DNA of 64,000 nucleotides from Actinomycetota bacterium (GCA_003132585.1 PKYG01000097.1:1790-65789); one strand, 5' to 3'. Shown: positions 16,982 to 26,078, counted from the first letter of the stretch. The notes: generated from the sequence alone by a model not told the origin. Made by a program: numbers and translations.

Positions 16982-18097
16982 ATGATCCCGGTCAACGAGC
17001 CGGCGCTCGGCGAGCGCGAGATCGAGCTTGTCGCCGACTGCGTGCGCAGCGGCTGGGTATCGTCCGCAGGCCGCTACCTGGACGAGTTCGAGCGGCGCTG
17101 GGCGGAGTACTGCGACATGAAACACGGGGTCGCCGTTTCCAGCGGTACGGCGGCGCTGGATGTCGCTGTCAGCTGTCTCCGGCTGCAGCCGGGTGACGAG
17201 GTCATCCTGCCGTCGTTCACAATCATCTCGTGCGCCCAGGCGATCACTAAGCACGGTGGGCTGCCGGTGCTGGTGGACTGCGATCCGGACACATGGTGCC
17301 TGGACGTAGACCAAGTCGCCGCACGCATCACGCCGCGCACGCGCGCGGTCATGGCCGTGCACATGTATGGCCACCCCGCCGACATGGACCCCCTGCGCGA
17401 GCTGGCGGACCGTCATGGGTTGGTGCTCATCGAGGATGCGGCCGAGGCGCATGGGGCCGAGTACAAGAGGAAGCGCTGCGGAGGGCTAGGAGACATCTCG
17501 TGCTTCAGCTTCTACGCTAACAAGATCATCACGACGGGCGAGGGCGGCATGATCCTCACGGACCGCGACGACTGGGCGGCCCACGCGCGTGCGTATCGCA
17601 ACCTCTGCTTTGGCAGCGAGCGACGCTTCCACCACGAGGAGCTTGGCGAGAACTACCGTATGACCAACATGCAGGCGGCTCTCGGGGTGGCCCAGCTCGA
17701 CCGGGTGGACGAGATCGTGGCGCACAAGCGCGCCATGGCCGCGGCGTACACTGAGCGCCTGCAGTCGTGCAAGGCTCTGCGGCTCCCCACAGAGCGTGAG
17801 TGGGCGCGCAGCACGTTCTGGATGTACGGCGTGGTGCTCAAGGACGGCGGCCGCGGCGCTGCGGGTCTCGCGGTGGAGTTGGCGAAGCGGCTGCAGGCGC
17901 GCGGTGTGCAAACGCGGCCGTTCTTCCTGGGCATGCACGAGCAGCCGGCCTTCCACCGCATGGGCCTGTTCGCAGGCGAGGAGTACCCGGTCACGGAGAT
18001 GCTCGCCCGCCAAGGCCTGTACCTGCCGTCCGGGACGGCTCTGCAACTAAGCCAGGTGGACCAGGTCGCCGCCGCCGTCAACGAGGTGATGAGATGA
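16982..18097 (+). CDS. DegT/DnrJ/EryC1/StrS-family PLP-dependent sugar aminotransferase.
   Basis: VSSGTAALDVA ... IEDAAEAHGAEY ... FSFYANKIITTGEGGMI (Schiff-base Lys present). Confidence 0.85.
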   Translation: MIPVNEPALGEREIELVADCVRSGWVSSAGRYLDEFERRWAEYCDMKHGVAVSSGTAALDVAVSCLRLQPGDEVILPSFTIISCAQAITKHGGLPVLVDCDPDTWCLDVDQVAARITPRTRAVMAVHMYGHPADMDPLRELADRHGLVLIEDAAEAHGAEYKRKRCGGLGDISCFSFYANKIITTGEGGMILTDRDDWAAHARAYRNLCFGSERRFHHEELGENYRMTNMQAALGVAQLDRVDEIVAHKRAMAAAYTERLQSCKALRLPTEREWARSTFWMYGVVLKDGGRGAAGLAVELAKRLQARGVQTRPFFLGMHEQPAFHRMGLFAGEEYPVTEMLARQGLYLPSGTALQLSQVDQVAAAVNEVMR

Positions 18098-18161
18098 GCG
18101 CGTGGTTTGTCGGAGCCGTGTCTAGTACTGCGACGTTAACCGCAAGCGGGAGTGAGACCAG

Positions 18162-19100
18162 ATGACGCCGCGCATCCTAGTCACGGGCGCGGCGGGCTAC
18201 CTTGGGTCGGTCCTCGTCGGCCGGCTTCTCGACGGCGGCTTCGCGGTTCGCGCGGTCGATGCCCTGATCTATGGGCAAACGAGCCTGCTTCACTACTGCG
18301 GTCAAGCCGGTTTCGAGTTCGTCCGAGGCGACGTCAGAAACGAAGACCTCGTGCAACAGTCGCTTAGTGCTGTGGATGCCATCGTACCGCTGGCTGCACT
18401 CGTCGGTGCGCCCGTGTGCAGTCGCGATCCGTGGTCGGCCCGTGCGGTGAACTTCGAGGCCATCGCCATGCTGGCGCGTTTGCGGTCGCCATCGCAGCTG
18501 ATCGTGTTTCCGAACACCAACAGTATCTACGGGCACACTGCGTCTGGCTCGGTCTGTACCGAAGACTCGCCACTTGCTCCCGTGTCGGTGTACGCGCAGA
18601 CCAAATACGAGGCGGAGCAGACGGTGCTGGGGGCTGGGAACTCGCTCAGTCTGAGGATGGCGACGATGTTCGGTGCCTCGGCACGGATGCGCACCGATCT
18701 GCTCGTCAACGATTTCGTGTACTCCGCGTGCACCGCGCGTTCCATCGTGGTCTTCGACCACACCTTCCGCCGGAACTTCGTACACGTGCGCGATGCTGCG
18801 GACTGCATCACCCACTGCCTTGAGAACGCAGGGGACATGGCGGGTGGTGTCTATAACCTTGGTCTCGATGAGAGCAACCTTACAAAAGGCGAGCTTGCCA
18901 TGCGCGTTGCGAGCCACGTGCCCGGGTGCCATGTGGAGTTGGCGCAGATCGAGACTGACCCAGACAGACGCAGCTACACCATCTCGAGCGCGGCTCTCGC
19001 GGGAAAGGGCTTCGTTGCCAGGCGCTCCTTGGACGCGGGCATCGAGGAGCTCAAGACGGCATTCGAAATGTGGCCCCGCAGTCGCTTCGGCAACGTATGA
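18162..19100 (+). CDS. NAD(P)-dependent epimerase/dehydratase or reductase (extended SDR).
   Basis: ILVTGAAGYLGSVLV Rossmann. SVYAQTKYEAE (YxxxK). ATG 18162. Confidence 0.75.
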   Translation: MTPRILVTGAAGYLGSVLVGRLLDGGFAVRAVDALIYGQTSLLHYCGQAGFEFVRGDVRNEDLVQQSLSAVDAIVPLAALVGAPVCSRDPWSARAVNFEAIAMLARLRSPSQLIVFPNTNSIYGHTASGSVCTEDSPLAPVSVYAQTKYEAEQTVLGAGNSLSLRMATMFGASARMRTDLLVNDFVYSACTARSIVVFDHTFRRNFVHVRDAADCITHCLENAGDMAGGVYNLGLDESNLTKGELAMRVASHVPGCHVELAQIETDPDRRSYTISSAALAGKGFVARRSLDAGIEELKTAFEMWPRSRFGNV

Positions 19101-19936
19101 GCGATGGTACTTCCGGAGGAGGCGGCCGTGACTGGAGTGGGATCGTGAGCGGAATACCGTTCGGACCCGGTTATGCGTCTGCGTACGATGTGCTCTATGG
19201 CGACAAGGACTACGAGGCAGAGGTCGACATCCTCGAGGCTCTCTTTGCGCGGCACGCCTCATGCGCCGTCCATAGCGTGCTGGATCTGGGCTGTGGTACG
19301 GGGTCCCACGCGCTGCCGTTGGCGGGTCGCAGCTACGCTGTGACCGGAGTGGATGTTTCGTCGGACATGTTGGCTCGTGGCCGCAGCAAGCTGTCAGAGA
19401 CGGAGGTGGAGGTCGAGTTCCGCGAAGGCGACATCCGCAGTTACCGAGACGGGCGGGAATACGACGCGGTCATCATGATGTTCGCTGTGCTCGGCTACCA
19501 ACGCACCAACGCGGACGTTCTCGCCGCTCTCTCCACGGTCGCTGCTCATCTCCGCCCAGGTGGTGTGTTCGTTGCCGACTTCTGGTACGGGCCAGCGGTG
19601 CTGTCCTTGGGTCCCGGGAGTCGACAGAAGACGGCCATGCACGGGAACAGGCGGGTGTTCCGCTTCGCAAGCGGTGTTTGCGACGAGTCGCGTCACACCT
19701 GTGTGGTGGCGTACGACGTACTGACCACAGAGGGTGCGCACGTCTTGTCTGAGGCTCACGAGGACCACGAGATGCGGTTCTTCTTTCCCCTGGAGCTTGA
19801 CTTCGCGCTGGCAGATGCGGGCCTCTGTCGGCTAGCGCTCACCGCATACCCGGACGTGGAGAGTCCGCCCAGTGCCGCGGATTGGTGTGCCTGTCTCGTG
19901 GCACAGCTCGCCCCAGGCCGGTCAGCGTCGCGTTGA
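19097..19936 (+). CDS. SAM-dependent methyltransferase resembling TylM1/DesVI-type amino-sugar N,N-dimethyltransferases.
   Basis: YDVLYGDKDYEAEVDILEALF...VLDLGCGTGSHALPLAG...VTGVDVSSDMLA...EGDIRSY layout as in TylM1. ATG 19097 in ATGA overlap. Confidence 0.65.
   Translation: MSDGTSGGGGRDWSGIVSGIPFGPGYASAYDVLYGDKDYEAEVDILEALFARHASCAVHSVLDLGCGTGSHALPLAGRSYAVTGVDVSSDMLARGRSKLSETEVEVEFREGDIRSYRDGREYDAVIMMFAVLGYQRTNADVLAALSTVAAHLRPGGVFVADFWYGPAVLSLGPGSRQKTAMHGNRRVFRFASGVCDESRHTCVVAYDVLTTEGAHVLSEAHEDHEMRFFFPLELDFALADAGLCRLALTAYPDVESPPSAADWCACLVAQLAPGRSASR
19881..19907. repeat. Short diverged direct repeat (copy A) within the 3' end of the N-methyltransferase gene.
   Basis: ATTGGTGTGCCTGTCTCGTGGCACAGC vs CTTGGCGTGCGTGCCTCGTGGCACAGC at 21461..21487. 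Confidence 0.5.
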
Positions 19937-20140
19937 GAATGGACCCGGCCACCGTGCAGACCAGCCCAAGCGTCGCCTCGAGCCAAGGCGACACGACGCA
20001 ACGCCCCGACCAGGAGGATTGGACGCTCGTGATCCGGCCGAAGGGCCGGTTGGTCGACCTTCGCCTCCGCGAGCCCTGGGCGGCGAGGGAGCTCGTGTGG
20101 TTTAATGGGGGCGTCTCACTTGAGCGCGCCGGTCACCGCA

Positions 20141-20311
20141 ACCTACTGGCGTCTTTTCCTCATGCAGCGGGTGGTTGTGACCATTGCCAGCGTTTATTCG
20201 GCCGACAAAGTCAAGAACCGCATCCATCTGTCTCTCGGCCAGGAAGCCGTCGCTGCCAGGACGTGGTCGCGCAGTGAGCTCAAACGACCCCGTTCCGGAG
20301 TCCATCTGTAA
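20141..20311 (+). pseudogene. Decayed fragment of a PDH-E1-alpha-like (ThDP) gene N-terminus.
   Basis: TYWRLFLMQRVVVTIASVYSADKVKNRIHLSLGQEAVAA aligns to QVYRRLYLIRRVEETIVDIYPTDKVKSPVHLSLGQEAVAA of the intact gene at 21798. Followed by an ~8-codon deletion/frameshift and stop. Confidence 0.55.
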
Positions 20312-20447
20312 CAAGGCTGAAAGGCAACCTAACCAATCTGGAGCGTGCGACCCGCCAACGAGGTGATGGGCTGCGCGCCAACCAAGTAGGTTGGGCCGGG
20401 GCTCGCGTACAGGTTGACGGGGCTGGCGGGGAGGAGTGAAGGCAACG

Positions 20448-21416
20448 ATGGACCCAGCTGAAGAAAGAATCGAGATCATTCCACGCGATTGGCAGTCGGC
20501 TAGGACCTACCTCTGCGATCCGGGAGGATTCCTGAAGCAAGCTGCTGGGGTGGCGCGCAGGTCCATACTGGCAAGCAGAATGGGACGTCCGCTTCGCGCA
20601 GCAAAGCGGCAATACGGACTGATACGTAGTCTCAAGAGTACGCTGCTGTGGCCGTTTCATGATTTCTGGCTAAGCCCCCCGCCGATGACAGTCACCGTCA
20701 GGCGGTATACGCAGTTCTATAGGGACCTGAGGAGTTACTTTGGGTTGCCGGGTGCAGAGCCTTTTGACATCCGCTGGATGATCCCGCTCATCCACGACAA
20801 GTACTCTGATGCGGGGGATACTGGGCAGTATTTCTATCAAGACATCTGGGCAATGAAGCGCATCATGGAGACCAAAACAAGTTCACACGTAGACGTTGGC
20901 TCGAGAATGATTCTCGTCGGCATGATGAGTGCGATAACGCGTGTGACTTTTGTAGATGTCAGACCACTGCAGTGCAATCTGCCCAATCTGGAGAGCAGAA
21001 TTGGCGATATCACCAATATGCCCTACCCCGATAGCTCGATACCGTCGCTTTCGTGCTTGCATGTAGCTGAACACATCGGTCTAGGTAGGTATGGAGACAA
21101 GCTTGATCCCAAAGGAACCGAGAAGGCAGCTGCGGAGCTTGTTCGGGTTCTCGCGCCAAGTGGGAACCTGTTCTTCTCTGTACCCGTTGGGAACCCGGAG
21201 AGGGTGTATTTCAACTCGCACAGGATGTACTCAGTATCCACCATCATGGCGATGTTCTCAGACCTCGAGCTAGTCGAAGCATCGGGAATTGATGGCGAGA
21301 ACAACTTCATTGAGAATATAGACGTGCGACTGTTCGATGAAGTGAAACACCGTTGGGGTGGCGTGTGTCTGTTGTGGCTTAGGAAGCCTGCTGAAGTAGG
21401 TCGCTCCGATGGATAG
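20448..21416 (+). CDS. DUF268-like (methyltransferase-fold) protein of unknown function. Paralog of 44632..45465.
   Basis: YFYQDIWAMKRIM...HVDVGSR...VTFVDVRP...HVAEHIGLGRYGDKLDP...VLAPSGNLFFSVPVG, shared with the second copy. Confidence 0.55.
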   Translation: MDPAEERIEIIPRDWQSARTYLCDPGGFLKQAAGVARRSILASRMGRPLRAAKRQYGLIRSLKSTLLWPFHDFWLSPPPMTVTVRRYTQFYRDLRSYFGLPGAEPFDIRWMIPLIHDKYSDAGDTGQYFYQDIWAMKRIMETKTSSHVDVGSRMILVGMMSAITRVTFVDVRPLQCNLPNLESRIGDITNMPYPDSSIPSLSCLHVAEHIGLGRYGDKLDPKGTEKAAAELVRVLAPSGNLFFSVPVGNPERVYFNSHRMYSVSTIMAMFSDLELVEASGIDGENNFIENIDVRLFDEVKHRWGGVCLLWLRKPAEVGRSDG

Positions 21417-21460
21417 TCACAGCCTGGCCAGACGGCGCGATCAGCCGACAACCGTGCAGG

Positions 21461-21487
21461 CTTGGCGTGCGTGCCTCGTGGCACAGC
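21461..21487. repeat. Copy B of the N-methyltransferase 3'-end remnant repeat.
   Basis: Translates in one frame to AWRACLVAQPG, cf. DWCACLVAQLAPG at the N-methyltransferase C-terminus. Confidence 0.5.
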
Positions 21488-21797
21488 CGGGCGACGCCGA
21501 CACGGTTGCGCGTTGCTGGATGACCGTGGCTGCCCGACAGGTGGACCTGAACAAACGCGAGGGTCGAGTCGGTGTTTCGGGGCAGACTGATTGGCACAAG
21601 TGGACGCCGGTCATTTGTTCCGAGGCTGAGTGGTGCGACCATCGTCTCCGCGGACTCCTCCTGACAAGAGATCTGGGTTGGCTGTTCTTCTGTCGCGACT
21701 CTGTGGCTGCGCCCGAGCGACTGTCCTGTGCCGACATGTGGTATGCCTCCCGCTCTGTGCCAACGACGACTCTTTCAAGGTCAGGGTTGGTGGCTGA

Positions 21798-22805
21798 TTG
21801 ACCGAGGACATCGGATCGATCGGGCGCCATGAGGCGCATAGTCTTCTAGTGGGAGTTCGTAACTTGACCACTGACATACGGCAGGTCTACAGGCGTCTCT
21901 ACCTGATACGCCGGGTCGAAGAGACGATCGTCGACATCTACCCGACCGACAAGGTAAAGAGCCCCGTTCATCTGTCTCTTGGTCAGGAAGCCGTCGCCGC
22001 GGGGGTGTGCTCGGCATTGCGCCCCGAAGATGTCGTCTTTGGCTCCTATCGGGGTCACGCGAGCTACCTCGCCAAGGGCGGGAACCTCAATGCCATGATG
22101 GCCGAGCTCTTCGGCAAGGCGACTGGGTGCACCAAAGGCAGGGGCGGCTCGATGCATCTCGCCGACGCACGGGCCGGCGTGATGCCCACCTCGGCAATCG
22201 TCGGCTCGACGATAGCGAATGCGGCAGGATACGCCTTTGGGCTCCGTCGACTCGGTACGGATGCGGTGGTAGTCAGCTTTTTTGGTGACGGTGCCACCGA
22301 AGAAGGGGTGTTCTCGGAGGCGCTCAACTTCGCTGCTCTGAAGCGGCTCCCGGTCCTGTTCGTGTGCGAGAACAACAGCTATGCGATTCACACGCATGTG
22401 AGCCGCCGACAGTCGGCGCAGCGCCTGGTCGAGCGCGTCCGCACCTACGGCATTGCTGCTTCACGCGTCGCAGACGCAGATGTCCTGCGCATCGCCACGG
22501 AGGCGCAGGAGTGTGTGCAGGCATTGCGCGAAGGCCGCGGGCCGCGGTTTCTCGAGTGCGCGACGTATCGACTCAGGGAGCACGTGGGGCCGGGTGAGGA
22601 TTGGGACTTGGGCTACCGCTCGCGTGACGAAGCCCTACCCTGGATCCAGAGTGATCAGGTGACGCGACTTGGAGAAATGCTAGAGCCGCGAGAACGAGCG
22701 GCTCTTGAAGCGGCAGTGGAAGGGGAGATCACTGCCGCCGTGGCTTTTGCAGAGGAGAGCCCCTTCCCTGCCGCCAGCGACCTACAGAACGATGTGTTCG
22801 CATGA
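21798..22805 (+). CDS. ThDP-dependent 2-oxoacid dehydrogenase E1 component alpha-subunit-like (PdhA/AcoA-like).
   Basis: SYRGHAS...GGSMHLADARAG...FFGDGATEEGVFSEALNFAALKRLPVLFVCENNSYA (ThDP GDG-N motif). Start assigned to TTG 21798, uncertain. Confidence 0.75.
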   Translation: MTEDIGSIGRHEAHSLLVGVRNLTTDIRQVYRRLYLIRRVEETIVDIYPTDKVKSPVHLSLGQEAVAAGVCSALRPEDVVFGSYRGHASYLAKGGNLNAMMAELFGKATGCTKGRGGSMHLADARAGVMPTSAIVGSTIANAAGYAFGLRRLGTDAVVVSFFGDGATEEGVFSEALNFAALKRLPVLFVCENNSYAIHTHVSRRQSAQRLVERVRTYGIAASRVADADVLRIATEAQECVQALREGRGPRFLECATYRLREHVGPGEDWDLGYRSRDEALPWIQSDQVTRLGEMLEPRERAALEAAVEGEITAAVAFAEESPFPAASDLQNDVFA

Positions 22806-23854
22806 TTGAAGAACGCTCGCTGAGCCAGATAGACGCGATTCGCGAGGCCCTCTCGCAGGAGATGGAGCGGGATGATCGCGTTCTCGTGCTCGGCTTGGGC
22901 GTGGACGATCCGAAGGCGATACTCGGCAGCACGCGCGGTCTCGCGGAGCGCTTCGGCTCCGAGCGCGTGATGGACACGCCTCTCTCTGAGGATTGTATGA
23001 CCGGCGCATGCATAGGTATGGCGATGGCGGGCTTGCGTCCGGTTCATATCCACATTCGCGTCGATTTCCTCATGCTCGCCATGAACCAGATTGTGAATGT
23101 GGCGGCGAAGTCGATGTACATGTCCGGCGGCCAGCAACCCGTACCACTCGTTGTGCGGGCCATCATCGGGCGCAGCTGGGGTCAGGGCGCACAGCACTCT
23201 CAGGCGTTGCACAGCATGTTCATGCATGTGCCGGGCCTCAAGGTCGTGGCCCCCTCGACCCCGCTCGATGCGAAAGCCGCCCTGACCTACGCCATCCGCG
23301 ACGACAACCCCATCATCTTCATCGAGCACCGCATGCTGCATGGCTTCACGGGCGCGGTCCCAAGTGGCGAGGTCCTGAGAGGACCAGGTAGCTGCCGTGT
23401 TCTCAGGCGTGGGGGAGATCTGACCTTGGTGGGCATCTCCTATATGGTGCCCGAGTGCCTGCGCGCTGCAGAGTGGCTGTCCACCGTGGGCATCGAGTGC
23501 GAGGTCCTCGATCCCGTGTGGCTTAGCCCATTAGATGTCGAGGGCATCAACGCATCGGTCGCGAAGACAGGGCGTCTGCTCGTTGCCGACAACGCCTGGC
23601 TTGAGTGCGGCGCGAGCGCCGAGATTGTGGCGGGGGCCTGCGAGGCTTTGGGCTCGACGCGTCGCTTGGCCGTGGGGCGTGTGGGCTTCGCCGCGACCCC
23701 CTGTCCGACGACGCCTGCCCTCGAGGCGGTCTTCTACGCAAGCGCAGCCTCCATCGCGAGCGAGGCGTTCCGCCTGGTCAAGGGCGAGCTACCAGAGCGA
23801 GGCTGCGATCTCGACATGCCACGCGAGGTCCGGGAGTTCAGGGGGCCTTTCTGA
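22802..23854 (+). CDS. 2-oxoacid dehydrogenase E1 component beta-subunit-like (transketolase-like Pyr and C-terminal domains).
   Basis: MDTPLSEDCMTGACIGMAMAGLRP...GLKVVAPSTPLDAKA. ATG 22802 in ATGA overlap with alpha-subunit stop. Confidence 0.8.
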   Translation: MIEERSLSQIDAIREALSQEMERDDRVLVLGLGVDDPKAILGSTRGLAERFGSERVMDTPLSEDCMTGACIGMAMAGLRPVHIHIRVDFLMLAMNQIVNVAAKSMYMSGGQQPVPLVVRAIIGRSWGQGAQHSQALHSMFMHVPGLKVVAPSTPLDAKAALTYAIRDDNPIIFIEHRMLHGFTGAVPSGEVLRGPGSCRVLRRGGDLTLVGISYMVPECLRAAEWLSTVGIECEVLDPVWLSPLDVEGINASVAKTGRLLVADNAWLECGASAEIVAGACEALGSTRRLAVGRVGFAATPCPTTPALEAVFYASAASIASEAFRLVKGELPERGCDLDMPREVREFRGPF

Positions 23855-24894
23855 TGTCCTGTGAGAGTGCCGTCCGGCTTCTGCTTGAGGACGGAGAACT
23901 GGCTTCCCGTCACGCGGGCCTTCACCGGCTGGAGGGCGCCCGCCTACTCATCACGGGGGCCTCCGGCATCATCGGCCTTAATCTCCTTGCAGCCCTCGCG
24001 GCCGCGAGGGCTGCGGGCGTCTCGATGGACATCTACGCGAGCGTCCAGCGGCCGCCTTCCGACGCGCTCAACCGAGTGGCACATGCGGCGGGCGCCATCG
24101 TGGTGGCGAGCGACCTGTCGACGCCGCAGGGAGTGGAGGACTTGCCGATCGCGGACATCATCGTCCATGCCGCCGGCTCGGGCGACCCTGGCGTGTTCCT
24201 GGCAAGAAAAGCGGAGACCCTGTCGATCGGGGCTTGCGCGACCCTTGCCCTGATCCGCCGCCTTCCTCCTAACGGTCGGCTGTTGTTCCTCAGCTCATCA
24301 GAGGTGTACCAGGGCTTGGACGGCCGAATCGCGGACGAGTCCTTGTGTGGCACCACGACGCCGCAGCATCCCCGTGCTGCATATATCGAAGCCAAACGCG
24401 CGGGCGAGGCCGCCTGTGTGGTGGGCCGCGAAGCCGGACTGACAACCACGGTGGCCCGAATTGCGATCACCTACGGCCCTGGGGCTCGCTTGGGCGACAC
24501 GCGTGTCGTGAACGCGCTGATTGAGCGCTCTCTGCGACAGCCCACCACGCAGCTTCTGGATTCCGGGGCCGCCATCAGGACGTTGATCTACACGCGAGAC
24601 GCTGTGGAACTGCTGTGGCGCATCGCTTTGCAGGGGAGAGAGTCCATCTACAACGTAGCCGGGAAGACAGTGGTGACTGTCAAGGAGATGGCCGAGATCG
24701 TTGCTGGAGCGACACACAGTCGCCTCGAGTCGGGCCGCGGCGATGGTGCAGCGGGAGCTGCACGAGAGGTGCGCCTCGACCTAACACGTGTATTGACGGA
24801 GTTCCCCAAGACGGATTTCCTTGATCTTGAAGGCGGTATCGCGAGAACCGTTGAGTGGTACCGTTCTCTGCTGGAGGTGGATGCGCGGGCATGA
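23854..24894 (+). CDS. NAD(P)-dependent epimerase/dehydratase/reductase (extended SDR).
   Basis: LLITGASGIIGLNLL Rossmann. AAYIEAKRAGE (YxxxK). ATG 23854 overlaps upstream TGA. Confidence 0.75.
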   Translation: MSCESAVRLLLEDGELASRHAGLHRLEGARLLITGASGIIGLNLLAALAAARAAGVSMDIYASVQRPPSDALNRVAHAAGAIVVASDLSTPQGVEDLPIADIIVHAAGSGDPGVFLARKAETLSIGACATLALIRRLPPNGRLLFLSSSEVYQGLDGRIADESLCGTTTPQHPRAAYIEAKRAGEAACVVGREAGLTTTVARIAITYGPGARLGDTRVVNALIERSLRQPTTQLLDSGAAIRTLIYTRDAVELLWRIALQGRESIYNVAGKTVVTVKEMAEIVAGATHSRLESGRGDGAAGAAREVRLDLTRVLTEFPKTDFLDLEGGIARTVEWYRSLLEVDARA

Positions 24895-26078
24895 GGGACT
24901 ACAAGTGGAGACTGCAGGAGAACGTCATCAGTGACGCAGACCTGGAGCTGCTGGTGCACTTCATAAGGACGACCAAGCGTTTCACGCAGTTCACAAAGGT
25001 GCGTGAGTTCGAAGAGGCATTTGCTGCGTGGCAAGGATGCAAATACTGCATCATGGTCAACTCGGGCAGCTCCGCCAATCTCGTGGCCGTGGCCGTGGCC
25101 AAGGAGATGCATGGTTGGTCAAGCGGTGACGAAGTGCTCGTGCCTGCGGTGACCTGGCCAACTACGGTGACGCCGGTCATGCAGCTAGGCCTCAAGCCGG
25201 TCTTCGTCGACGTCAACCTGCGGGATCTTTCGTTCGACTACGATGCGCTGGAGAACGCAGTCACGCGTCAGACCAAGGCGGTCTTTGCACCGCACCTCCT
25301 TGGTTTTCCTGCAGATGTTGCCCGCCTCAAGGCCGTCTGCGCGAGTCACGGGCTGATTCTTCTTGAGGATTGCTGCGAATCTCAGGGTGCGGTGGTCGAA
25401 GGAGCCAAGGTCGGGAATCACGGTTTGGCCGGCACCTTTAGCTTCTACTGGGGCCACCATATGACTACGGTCGAGGGCGGGATGATCTGCACCAACGACG
25501 ACGAGGTCCGGGATCTTGCTCTGCTGAAACGCTCACACGGGCTGGCCCGAGAGCTGCCGCAGGACGCTCACGCTGCCTTGCGTCGGCGCTACTCAGACGT
25601 CGTGTTTGACTTCCTCTTCCTGACCGACGGCTTCAACGTTCGCAACACAGAGTTCAATGCTGTCCTCGGGTTGGCCCAGCTCGCTCGCTTGGACGACTTC
25701 ATCCGCATCCGCAACCGCAACTACACACGGTTCCTGGAGATCTGTACACCTTTTGAAGACGAACTTATTCTTCTTCGCGGTTTGGGCATGAGCGCGTTTG
25801 TGCTGCCTTTCGTCTTTCGCGACGTGGCTCGCAAGACGGCCTTTGAAGCCATTCTTCGGCGAGCGGGCATCGAATCACGCCCCTTGATCAGCGGTAATCT
25901 CCTGCGGCAGCCGGTGTTCTCGACGTTTGGCGAGAGCTGCGACTTCCCCAATGCGGAGTATCTGCATCTGCATGCTTTCTACATCGGGAACAACCAGTTC
26001 GTCGAGGCGGAGCGACTTGCGGCGCTTCAGGAGCTGATGGGAGCATTCTTCGCGCGCCCGACCGGGGTTGCCCGCTAG
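24891..26078 (+). CDS. DegT-family protein with His replacing the PLP-lysine. Candidate PMP-dependent sugar 3-dehydratase (E1/RfbH/ColD-like).
   Basis: MVNSGSSANLVAV ... FSFYWGHHMTTVEGGMI, contrasting with FSFYANK / FSFYPGK in the two bona fide aminotransferases of this window. ATG 24891 in ATGA overlap. Confidence 0.65.
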   Translation: MRDYKWRLQENVISDADLELLVHFIRTTKRFTQFTKVREFEEAFAAWQGCKYCIMVNSGSSANLVAVAVAKEMHGWSSGDEVLVPAVTWPTTVTPVMQLGLKPVFVDVNLRDLSFDYDALENAVTRQTKAVFAPHLLGFPADVARLKAVCASHGLILLEDCCESQGAVVEGAKVGNHGLAGTFSFYWGHHMTTVEGGMICTNDDEVRDLALLKRSHGLARELPQDAHAALRRRYSDVVFDFLFLTDGFNVRNTEFNAVLGLAQLARLDDFIRIRNRNYTRFLEICTPFEDELILLRGLGMSAFVLPFVFRDVARKTAFEAILRRAGIESRPLISGNLLRQPVFSTFGESCDFPNAEYLHLHAFYIGNNQFVEAERLAALQELMGAFFARPTGVAR

